Below, piece after piece: positions 36,701 to 45,800 of a stretch of DNA of 64,000 nt. This DNA comes from Eutreptiella sp. 'Long Island Sound 2002' (Eukaryota > Protista > Euglenida), in contig OZ038378.1 in the NCBI GenBank assembly GCA_964036045.1, forward strand, positions 169,632,001 through 169,696,000, written 5' to 3'. The translations under genes were made by a program, and so were the position numbers. Numbering within the stretch: the stretch's first letter is position 1; each line of letters opens with the position of its first letter. The notes under the pieces are model-generated. The model was not told the origin of the DNA. It searched no databases and saw nothing but the letters and a program-made list of their open reading frames with translations.

Positions 36701-37470
36701 AGCGCCAACGGCTTGCAATTGCTGCTGAAGCGATGCAATTCCTTTCGATCGGTTCTCCAACTGTTGTTTCTAAGAAGGAAATGGAGCGACATGTAGAGGT
36801 ACACAAGTTGGCACGTCCTCATGGGCAAAGTTGAGCATACCATTATCTCCGAATTTCGCTTGCTTGATTCTTGCTCTTCTTGCAACAACCTCGTTAGCAA
36901 ACGTAACTTGTGGGCTTGCTTGGTGGTCACTTGAATTGCTTCACGCACCCTTTGTTCTAAAGCTGTGACTTCGGATTTCCGGGATCCCCCACCTTGATCA
37001 GCCGACTCCATGGTGGAATTTACTTGAACTCTTATGGCCTCTGCGCCCATAGCTTGGTTTACCGTTGTTTGCAGCGACACCTAAGAAGGATAGTAGATGG
37101 CTGTCAACTGCTGACTCTCTCTGGTCTAATCTGCCACCTTTGGTGCCCTTGTGGGACAACACTCGGAAATTTCACAAGCTCATGATATACACACACCGAA
37201 AAAAAAACAAAAAGGCACACCAACGAAGAGTGGAGTCGCACGACATCTTCGTTCAAATCACTTCTCTCGGTGTACGAAATTCGAGAAAGCTCTGACAACT
37301 CGTCGGCTGTGAGATCTATTCCAAGATGTTGCAGCTCGCTCAGATCAATCATATTGGGTGGGCTGTGAGACTTCCACTCCCGTTGACCCTTCAAAGCACT
37401 TTCTGGTGAAGATTCGAACTTGTGAGCTGGGTCCCCACTAGAATCTTCCATGTACCACTCATGTATGAGC
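7253..37470 (-). CDS. Very large multi-exon coiled-coil protein (>2,300 aa; cytoskeletal/centrosomal-type, family not recognised)
   Basis: Q/E/L/A-rich heptad exons bounded by AG/GT with matching phases. Exons 7253-32973 total 5,739 nt and exons 35381-37470 total 1,201 nt. Small linking exons at ~34800-35110 and 5' exons (possibly to ~38790) are unresolved. Confidence 0.9.
7359..7583 (-). CDS. Coiled-coil gene exon
   Basis: ttcag|GAG...CAG|gtgtc, 225 nt, ERCRHAEQLQ... Confidence 0.85.
7976..8302 (-). CDS. Coiled-coil gene exon
   Basis: cgcag|GTG...CAG|gttgt, 327 nt, VERLHGQISALQQ... Confidence 0.85.
8958..12728 (-). mobile_element. PIF/Harbinger-superfamily DNA transposon, apparently intact, inside an intron of the coiled-coil gene
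   Basis: Perfect TIR GGGGGAGGTACG (8958-8969) / CGTACCTCCCCC (12717-12728). ATT on both flanks (8955-8957, 12729-12731). Encodes a DDE transposase. Confidence 0.9.
9383..11813 (-). CDS. DDE transposase (DDE_Tnp_4/Harbinger-like), ~720 aa, exons 11702-11813, 11236-11507, 9383-11161
   Basis: Motifs AIGDT (D), FKILLMNDFLGNYVWFGG, RADARI, LLDGGF (D), NDGHSFVRARSEHV (E). Both introns have GT/AG ends and keep frame; the ORF-track start at 11191 lies inside intron 2. Confidence 0.88.
12847..13410 (-). CDS. Coiled-coil gene exon
   Basis: ttcag|GAA...AAG|gtggt, 564 nt. Confidence 0.9.
14237..14668 (-). CDS. Coiled-coil gene exon
   Basis: cacag|TCC...CAG|gtgct, 432 nt. Confidence 0.9.
14745..14945 (+). 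mobile_element. Short interspersed element/MITE, family shared with 26455-26585
   Basis: gccctggcc...ccgacccacccacccacccacat(c/t)agaaa...gagg(c/t)tgatt(t/c)ta(g/a)gtac matches the reverse complement of 26455-26585. Confidence 0.7.
15150..15520 (-). pseudogene. Non-LTR reverse transcriptase relic (motif-4-like)
   Basis: RKGIADGAAAPVLWGLRHF resembles GxxQGxxxxPxLW; aligns by eye with 61400-61600. Confidence 0.4.
15801..16346 (-). CDS. Coiled-coil gene exon
   Basis: cccag|GTC...AAG|gtcgt, 546 nt. Confidence 0.9.
16783..17079 (-). CDS. Coiled-coil gene exon
   Basis: ttcag|GAG...GAG|gtatgt, 297 nt. Confidence 0.9.
17300..17680 (-). pseudogene. Non-LTR reverse transcriptase relic (motifs 2-3)
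   Basis: GFRTKPCNLAAF...LLAIHKDLDQAF resembles GFR....DLxKAF. Confidence 0.5.
17838..18095. mobile_element. MITE with nested inverted repeats
   Basis: GGGCTCTTCTGTC (17881-17893) / GACAGAAGAGCCC (18060-18072), plus outer gttcgtatgagccc / gggctcaaacgac; AT-rich interior. Confidence 0.7.
18565..18598. repeat. (CTG)n microsatellite
   Basis: About 11 CTG units. Confidence 0.9.
18905..19327 (-). CDS. Coiled-coil gene exon
   Basis: cccag|GCC...GAG|gtgtg, 423 nt. Confidence 0.9.
20195..20400. repeat. Degenerate ~60-bp tandem repeat
   Basis: cctaggcc...cagggccttgg.agga.aaacac recurs 3-4 times. Confidence 0.55.
20430..21270 (+). pseudogene. Retroelement relic with an RNase H-like start
   Basis: ILHLWIDGSGAHP (~20965-21005) resembles the RNase H xDGS motif; upstream part matches 58230-58300, 55530-55590 and 4070-4200. 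Confidence 0.45.
21576..22043 (-). CDS. Coiled-coil gene exon
   Basis: atcag|GTC; GT donor at 21575 or in-frame GC donor at 21587. Confidence 0.88.
23590..24170. mobile_element. Foldback/MITE-like element
   Basis: Tandem gtc..gggtccc.a.ag...aatcaaaaaag units at 23610-23730 are inverted relative to 24090-24150; AT-rich core with tactcag/ctgagta motifs also seen at 33065-33100. Confidence 0.55.
24711..24795. repeat. (TG)n microsatellite
   Basis: Long imperfect TG run; similar runs at 56503-56525 and 59879-59910. Confidence 0.95.
24843..25124 (-). CDS. Coiled-coil gene exon
   Basis: ttcag|GTC...CAG|gttcc, 282 nt. Confidence 0.88.
25924..26358 (-). CDS. Coiled-coil gene exon
   Basis: cacag|GAG...CAG|gtgtc, 435 nt. 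Confidence 0.9.
26455..26585 (-). mobile_element. Second copy of the 14745-14945 family
   Basis: Reverse-complement similarity described for 14745-14945. Confidence 0.65.
27410..27759 (-). CDS. Coiled-coil gene exon
   Basis: cgtag|GA...CAG|gtgtg, 350 nt, phase 1 in. Confidence 0.88.
28366..28670 (-). CDS. Coiled-coil gene exon
   Basis: accag|G TTG...ACC G|gttgc, 305 nt. Confidence 0.85.
29241..29575 (-). CDS. Coiled-coil gene exon
   Basis: tacag|GTG...TCA CG|gtattg, 335 nt. Confidence 0.8.
30841..31286 (-). CDS. Coiled-coil gene exon
   Basis: ttcag|GG TTT...GAG|gtgtg, 446 nt. Confidence 0.88.
32694..32973 (-). CDS. Coiled-coil gene exon
   Basis: tgcag|GAC...GAG G|gtctg, 280 nt. Confidence 0.85.
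33400..34460. repeat. Compound repeat with direct and inverted copies
   Basis: tcatttggtgacaatggaa.caca at ~33421 and ~34374; aattggtgctacatggc (~33491) is inverted relative to gccatgtagcaccaatt (~34414). Confidence 0.65.
33885..34020 (+). repeat. Dispersed repeat, inverted copy at 57305-57445
   Basis: aatgcactccacag.caggcataagtgcatctttattctctatgcc..acctggttaaacctca matches the reverse complement of 57345-57420. Confidence 0.85.
35381..35794 (-). CDS. Coiled-coil gene exon
   Basis: cacag|GTG...CAG|gtgtg, 414 nt (could contain an internal intron). Confidence 0.8.
36257..36349 (-). CDS. Coiled-coil gene exon
   Basis: tgcag|CGG...GAG|gtattt, RVCELFGTD...MAKEE. Confidence 0.75.
36566..36769 (-). 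CDS. Coiled-coil gene exon
   Basis: cttag|AAA...GAG|gtgtg, KQQLENRSKG... Confidence 0.8.
36841..37080 (-). CDS. Coiled-coil gene exon
   Basis: cttag|GTG...ATG|gtatgc, 240 nt. Confidence 0.8.
37221..37470 (-). CDS. Coiled-coil gene exon (most 5' exon I can support)
   Basis: tcaag|G CTC...TTG|gtgtg, LIHEWYMEDSSG...LHSSL. Confidence 0.65.
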
Positions 37471-39317
37471 CTTGAAGGGCTGGCAAACCCCTGGCAGAAG
37501 AATAGGCACAGAACAAAGTGATGAAGTTGAAAGAGTTCGGGGCCATTATTTACCGAGTCGCGAGACACGATGGCTGTAGTCAGACATTTTAAAAGTTGCG
37601 AATGTGCAGGACGCGAGGAGTGGGGTAAATGGTACAAGGTATACAATGAATCAATAAAAAACGGGTTTGAAAACACTTGGAAGCCTCTTACTGTGCTGCT
37701 GCTCAAAACCTGCAATCGGCGAAATTCAAAGATGTGGTTGCAGTTCGTTAGGAGATTTCTCGAATTAATCGAACCTAGCTCTATTATTTTTCGGCGAATT
37801 CAAGTGCAGTCCAATTTGAATTACTGCTCTAAATTCCACAGGCCGGACGCACGCACCTGCCGGCTATGCTACGTAACTTCTTCAGTTCTTGTTGCCTTCC
37901 ACCGTTAGGCTCGAGGAGTATTGAACAGCAAGAATGTATCAGAAACAGTGGTAAACAGTGCGACATTTACGACTCTGCTATTCTCCACCATGATGTTACC
38001 ACCATTAATGGAAGTGCTCTTCGTTTCGTTGACTATGATGTTTTCGTCAATCCACCGGAAGTGCCATGCATGCTCCATGTCATCACCACCAATGTGCTCA
38101 CAAATACAAATGGCGGAGAGCGAAGGGCTTCAATAGTGATAATGAAACCTTGGCGACCCAAGAATTGTGCGAGAATCTGCGAGAAAACAAATGCTGGTCA
38201 CTCAAAAATCAAAATCTGTGGTTGTCGCTATAGGTTGTTGCCCATGTGTTATCCCGAAAACCAAGGTGGGCACACATCAAGACTTGATGTGTGCCCCCCC
38301 CCCAAATGGAGGCGAGGAGCACTTGAGACTCCCGGCATTGCCGTTTGTATCTAGTTTGAAAGCCCTCTACATAGGAGGGATAAAGCCACACCCTCGGGTG
38401 CCACGTAGCCTTCTAAGTAATTTTGGAGATTCGTTTTGAGGTTACAGCATCAAGATTTTTAGGTGTGCAGAATCGAAATGCGACGTAGTTTTAGACACAT
38501 ATTTTTGAGTAGAGTGCCGTTGCAGCTTGCGCGCTCGTTTGATTGCCAGATTTAGACAATCTCTACATATGGTGTCCTGGGAGCAAGGACCGGCAGAGGT
38601 GTGCGCCATTCTAACGTGTTGCACAAAGTGTCCGAAAAATTCTTCGTTGACGGTGCTCGTGATTCTCTGCGCGTCTGTGTACGGGCGGGAACGGGGAGGC
38701 CCAAATTTTGAGGCGTGGGTCGGCGTCTTCAGGGCAGTGGCATGGGAAAACGCACGAAGACGGGGCTCGTTGTGGACTCGCAAACCTCCCATGCATCAAA
38801 GCTCCGATCAAGCACCTTGTGTTGCAAATCGGTGAAGATTGCTAACATTTTTCGCCTTCTCTCGATGTGGAACCATTTTGTAGGATGCACAAATTTTGAA
38901 CCGGAGGATTGAGTTTCGTAAAGCGACGAAGTATGATCCCGCGGATTTGTTGCGTAGGTGTGTGATGGTGCTAGGTGCTTGTGGGGAAGCCCACCTAAAT
39001 TAAATGGCTCATCGTCGATTTCATCAAGCGGCCAAGTAAAAAGTGTCTGTCTCTACTAGCATCTTCTACGTGTTTATGACCCGTCGGGTTTCACGTCGCA
39101 CGGGAAAGTAGCCAGGGTGGAATTCTTCGTCGTAAAGCCCCATCCCACATTTTGGCTCACATTTTGCACTGAATCGAGTCGCATCAATACGCAAAACTTT
39201 TGAATTCTTCGGAAACCGCCATGCATGCGCAAGGCTGCGTACACATTGCTTGTCGTATTTTTCAGCAAATTAATTCCCTTGAATAAAAGTGAGAACGTGA
39301 AGTTCTTGAGCAAAAAG

Positions 39318-39810
39318 ATGGATTCTAGTAGTCAAGACCACCAAAAGGGACGACAACCCGTCGCTAAACGAGAGGAGGAGGAAGAAGATGAGGAAATTCG
39401 TCCACGTCGGTGGTTGTATGACAAGCAAAAGATTGAAGGTTTCATGCGATGGACTTCGATATCACGAGTAGGAGCGGGTATGTTTGATCCTACTACATGT
39501 TTGAACAACGGCACACAACACGGAGAACGCAAACGTCTGCGCCTCTCATTCAAAGCATCGAATTCTCCACGTGTTCCGGTCACAGGATTGCACAATTTGG
39601 GGAATTCTTGTTTCATGAACTCCGTTTTGCAAACTTTGACTTACATTCCACCATTGCGCAACTTCATTGCCACCATCACGAAGCAAGATAGTCCTCGTTA
39701 TCAAGACGTGCAAGGATTTGATCCGCTCAATACTTTGAAACGATTGTTTGATGAAGTAAGCTCGAACAAAAGGGTCGTATCACCTGATTATATTTTCCGC
39801 AATCTCAAAC
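39318..39810 (+). CDS. USP36: USP36-like exon 1 (Cys box)
   Basis: ATG 39318; catalytic Cys codon TGT 39609-39611; donor gtatgt 39811. Confidence 0.9.
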
Positions 39811-42800
39811 GTATGTGTGCATGGTTGTGTGTACACAAGGGATTTGGACGTAATGGATCGCATTTCGGGAGAACTTGGATATCCCAATGGGAGAAAATGT
39901 TTTGTGTCCCCGCTTCCTTCTAACACTCAGACAATACGTGTTCACGGGCCCGCCCATGTAGCCCCCATCCCCCCCCCCCCAACGCACGAACGAAAACGAA
40001 GCCTTCATTTTACAACAAAATTAACATCCGTTGCAGGCTTTGGCAAAACCTTTCGCCCCGGTCGGCAAGAGGATGCGCAAGAATTTGCGTTGTACTTGTT
40101 GGAATCGTGCCATGATGCCCTTCTTCGCTCCGTCGGAAGGTGTGCAAAATGCCCTACGTACACGCCTTTCATATACGCCTTTTCGCCACAACCAACCAAG
40201 CGTTGCTCGCAGCATTCGCCAAGCAAGCAAGTAACCCATTTCTTTTGTAGCAAAGTGGACGCTCGCACAGCCGAGACATCCGCTATCCATCAAATATTTG
40301 GAGGATACTTGCGCTCACAAGTGAAGTGGGATAGGAGCGACGAGCTTCGGAAGTTGAAGTCCAAGTATGGCAGTTTGATCACAGAATCTTTAACGTCGTG
40401 CATGGCTGAAGCAAAAAACTATGTATGAAGTCAACACCTTGTGTGATGCTCATGTTCAGGTCCCGTTCAGCCCCATCAGTTGGCAATACTTCGAACACGT
40501 TTGATCCGTTTTTGATATTGAGTGTAGAGGTTTGTTATGGCCGCAAGTGCGTCGGAGGGTTCAACGTTTTCACGGTTGATATTTTGTCAAGTGTTGAGAT
40601 GATGGCGCACATGAGGAGGTCGGTGAATTTGGACAAGACCAACCAATCTCCAACCCCCCCCCGCCCGCTTCAAATGTCATCCTTTCTTTAGGTCTCCACG
40701 CCCCCGCGCGCGCTACATCTCTACAAACCCCTTTGTACCCTATGTTTCGGAGCTTTACCTTAGTTAGCCTTCGGGTTTGTATTGGTCGGTGCACCCACTT
40801 TGTAGATCAAGGGTGATTCCATCGAAAAATGCCTAACTCATTTTACGAAGGCGGAGATCCTTGACGCAAATAATATGTACAAGACCCCTTCGGGTGTGTG
40901 CCATGTGTGCCATGGTGTATGGTTGGGACGAGGTCATACAATTTGTTTTGTTTGGCGATTGATCTAATGCAGTTGTTAGCTCCAAAGCATTCGGGTCACT
41001 CCATGAGTTGACCTTAGCAACGGAACAACCTCTCAATAGGTGTCTATGTTCCAGCGACGAAACGCTTCGCGATCCATCGGCCACCACGGGTCTTGATGCT
41101 GCATTTGAAGCGATTCAATAGCGTGTGCGGATACGTCCGAGGTATGTATGAAGCGCCATTCCAAGAATGCTAGGCGAATTGGAAGCGGCGCATTTTGCAC
41201 GCAAGGGCTAGGTCAAACACGATTACCGTGGGCTTGTAATGAAAAAGTGGTTACACAACGTAGTGCTCCGGTGCCAATTCACGACGCAATTTCCTATGTT
41301 GCGTCCGTTGCACGTAAGACAACCATGCGTCGTAGAGGCGTCTGAGGGCTGGAGGCGTCTCGGATTGCGACGTTTGGTGCCTATCTGCAGGTTTTGGGGG
41401 TTTTGGAAAGATTTCAAGGATGGTCTCGTACCCTGAGACTTTGAATCTGGCCCCATTTTGCAGCGAAGGTACTTCAGTGGTATGTATATGTTTGATCGTG
41501 TTACTGGGGTTCTCTGTGCAGCATGCCCCAAGAGCGGAAGCATCGGCCTCAATGGTGCCGGGGATGCAGACCCCCCCTTCCCGCATCTCCCCCGCCCCCT
41601 CCCTGGGGTCGGCCACACTTAGTTACCAAACGTTTGTGGTGGCCTGCCGCAAAAACGACCATGATGCATGCATGTCCATCACATGTTGCTTGAACGATAG
41701 AATGTGTGGTTTCTACAGGAGCCTGGGTTTTCAGCAGGGTTTGTCGCCCATTCGTACACGAAAAAGTACGAAAAAGTACGAAAAAGTGCGAATCAGAGGA
41801 GAACCGGGAATTACGAATAGGTACGAAAATGTACGAAAATGTACGAATAGTGGGAATGATGGATATGACGATTTTGCCGATTTGAAATGCCGACTCACTG
41901 GGGTTTTGCGGGGTGTTCATTGGGGTTTTCGGTGCCCTCTGGTTTCTTGGTTTTTGGGATTCTGGGACACCTGATGAGAAGGGGGTGGGGGTGCGTTTGA
42001 CTATACCCTGTTGTATGTTTCAACCAACACCATACCTGTGTGCCGTTGAGTGTTCTGTTTGTGTGCCAAGGAACGATTTTGGGCTCGGCCGGTCACCTGG
42101 AGTTGGCTTTTTTTTTTCAGTACGAAAATGTACGAAAATGTACGAATATGTACGAAAATGTACGAATATGTACGAATGACGTTTTTTCTCAAAAGTACGA
42201 ATCAGTGACAAACCCTGGTTTTCAGGAGGAGCATGTGGCCGCCATGGGAGGGTTTTTTGCCTTTTGCGCGGTTTTCCGCCATCCTCATAGGTATCATCCA
42301 CCCAGATTTGGGCGGAATCGGGGTATTGGGGCTGATTTTTCTACCATCTCGCGCTTGCTTGCAGCTGCTGCTGTGATGCTGCTTGCTGCTAGAACCCCCT
42401 GTTCCAAACTCGGCCCTAAAGACACCAACACTCAACACGTAAAGGCGGGCTTTGTGCAGAGGCTATCGACTGAACCAACCAAACACCCCATGCGTTCGGC
42501 CGTAACCCACATGCCTCTTTCCTCGTGAATCGTGACACAGAGGGGGTGCAACAACGGGAAATATCGGGAGCACAGATAGCACAAACGAAAGAGGGCACAA
42601 AGGGGGCACAATGAGAGCAGGGAAGGTCAGCCCTGTGCAATCCCTCTCTGGTAGTTGTGATCTGAGCACAATGATTTGCGGTGGTTTGATGCCGCAGACC
42701 AGAATGAAGAAGAGTTGAGAGTTGTGGATGGTTGTGAGGGTGACGGTTGTACGGTGAATGGCATCTCTGCATCACAGACAAATATGTATTAGCACTCAAC

Positions 42801-45800
42801 ACAACATGCATGATGAGGTGCTGACCCACCAACGGCAGGTGCGTAGGACCAAACGGCCACATATTTGGAGGCCAATCACAGGCGGGCCCCCTCTCGATTT
42901 ATGTCGCTGATCCCCCCCCGAAAGTAAAAGTGCCTAAGCCGCCCGGGGGTGGGGTGGGAGGCGGGAGACTGGCCGTCCCGTGGACGGGGTAAGGCAGGAG
43001 GGTCAGGCGGGTGGAAGAGGGGGGAGGTCGGGGTGGGGCTTCCGGCTGCTTGAAGGAGGGAATCCCTTCACTGTCGGGGCTGGGGGTAAGACATGTTCGA
43101 AACTTTGAGCGCCATGTGATACAATGGTGTTCAAGCGACAGCGTTCCTGCCTGTGCGTTGTGCGGTATGCGTGCGTATGCGCATGTGTTGCCCTCAGTCG
43201 AAGACGTACCAGCTGCTCGGCGTTGTCGTACACGACGGTGGCAGTATACATTCGGGCCACTACTACAGCTACGTCCGGGGCTCCAACAACACATGGTACA
43301 TCTGCGACGATGGCCACGTATGTATTTGTGATGTGGCGGTTGTGGGATGAGACGCAGGCCATTTGAGCACCGCTGATGTTCGGCAGTTGGTTTCCGAATC
43401 GCACTGAGTCCCTGGAACACAACACGTCGTTCTGTGCGCTTTCTTTTGTCGTCAGGTGGGGCAGGTGGGTGTGAATGAGGTGCTGCGGCAGGTGTGATAT
43501 TGCGTGTCGTGTCGCAGCACCACAAGGGAAAGTGACGCATTCACGAGCCCCAATCGTATTCATACCCACGCACGCGCGTCTTGTCACCACACGGCTTTTT
43601 CAGGTCAGCCTTCTTCCTTTTTACCACGAGAACACGGGGCGCAGACATTCGGAGATCCGACAAATTGAGTATTGGAAATTCGGGTCCAAACCCTTGAAAA
43701 AAAGGGCGTTTCAGAGGGAGAACGCCCCCGACCAGTCGATATCTAACCAGCGCTTATGAACCCCCAACAGAAACAAACGACACGCCGCCCTTGTGAAGGG
43801 CTGTGTGATGCATAGCCTTTTCATCGGCCTGCATCTTTTGCACTCTTTGAGAGTTTTGAGCAAAGCGAGCGGTGTATCAGCGAACGAATGGAGCGGGCCG
43901 CAGGTCACACTGGTGGGAATTCGGGATGCCAACCTTGCCAGGCTCTCTAACCCCACCCCCCCTCTTCCCCCGCGTCAAATTATACGTAATCAGCCTTTGA
44001 GGAACACCACCCCCCACCCTGTCACCCGCAAGGGATCGACCCTTGAGCGGTATCTACGCCGAACCAGCTAGGAGCGCGTTGCAGTCAGAAAAGAGCACAG
44101 CAGAGCAGGGGGGGAGGGTGCCTAAAAGACACACTGATGGACACGACGAACTGCGAACAATTGGTAATCGGAAGTGTGCAATGAGGACCGTGGAGTGGCA
44201 GGCCTGGCTGGAGTCGAATGGACATTGCGACCTGACTGTAAGCCTCTGTAGCACCCCTGGGGGTTGGAGCATTTCAGAAAAAAAATTTTCTCACGGCACC
44301 CGGCGCCCATCATGACTTTTCATATTTTGTGGGACGGGGGAGGGGGCATTATTGTTGTTGTCACTAAGAGAGGTATGCGGAGGTCCAGGCACAGTACACC
44401 AGCAAAGTATGGCCGAAAGTATTGTGCTGGTGCGTGTGGCGCCATCTTGGATTTGCTTTGTCCTGCAGAGTAGTGCTTACTTGCTGGTGTACATCCGCAA
44501 ATCGGCCCCTGCAGCTCAAGCAAACGGCCCTGCGGTATGCCTGTTGTGTGCATCTTCCGACGACGTGTCGCTGCGCTTTCTTCTTCATCGTGGCGGTTCA
44601 TATTGTTGTCACGATGATGGCTGGCTGTGGCAGCGATCACGGTGCTCGATCTGGTTGGCGCTGTTTGGATTGTGACAGACTTGCAGTAGCAAACCCTTTG
44701 GGGGCGTTTTCGCACAGCGCGGGCACAGCGCTAATTATTGCGTTGTTTACCCCGGGAACACCTGAAAACCACCCACCTACAGAAGCATGCATGATCAATT
44801 CAAAACAGCATGGGGTGCAGAATTCAGAACCCTGGGACCCGTGGCAAGCATCAGACTAAAAAAAAAGATTGCTGGTGTACCAGCAGGGGTGTGTAGGGTG
44901 CAGAATTGAGGACCCTGGGACCCGTGGCTACTGCGAGTTTTCGCACAGCGCACGGTGCGCCCCCTTTGTTTGAGCAGATAATCAATGGCACTCAAGCGCT
45001 GCGAAACGCCCCCCACCAGATGATGATGAAGATTGTAGCAAGACCGTTTGCCCTGTCAGCAAAATGGTAAAGATGGAAATTACGACTACAAATTGCAACT
45101 ACTTCGTCAAGCGGAAAATGGTTGTGCATTTTTCTCCTACGTCTCAGTTCCCATGCAATCACGCAAAAATCATTTCCTTCTGTGCGGATGTTTTCCTCTG
45201 TCAAATTTTTTTTTGGATCTCGGCGACATCACGATGCATTGATCTGAGAATGGGCACTGGGAGAATCTGGACCCATTTTAGCCCGAAGTGATCCGCTTGC
45301 CCATGGCGTTTGAGACCTTCGCTATCGACTTTACGTGACATCTCACACTGTTGACAAGGTCCTGGGTTGGCTGTCCACCTCCACGTGGACATCATGGACA
45401 GTGCTGTAGGGCGGGGGGAAGATTAGCAAAGACTGTACCCCAAGCAGATGGCCACCTTGCAGTGCCGACACAATCTCCTAATCCTGATTGACCATTTATG
45501 ATGTGGCCTGCATTTCACGGGCCCTCGGCATGGACGAATGGCCCGGCTCAGATGCCTGACAAGTACTAATCTGTGCACATATTCATCTCCACACACTGCT
45601 TCACCGCATCTCTTCACCGCATCTCGGTCGTCACACCCCAAGAACTGCACATGTCAGATGACCTGGAGCCAACATCGAGTTTTCCTTGCACTCATGGATG
45701 AGGAAAAGGGCGGCTTTGCACCGTTTCCTTGGTTCAGCAGTCAGACAAGTCTCATATTTTTTAAACCCAGCTTGATCTTACTCTTCTTCGAACGTGTTCA

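Noticed and set aside
39225-39317. Upstream ATG extending the USP ORF (MRKAAYTLL...)
   Set aside because: The extension is AT-rich and UTR-like; ATG 39318 after AAAAAG is the more plausible start, though unproven
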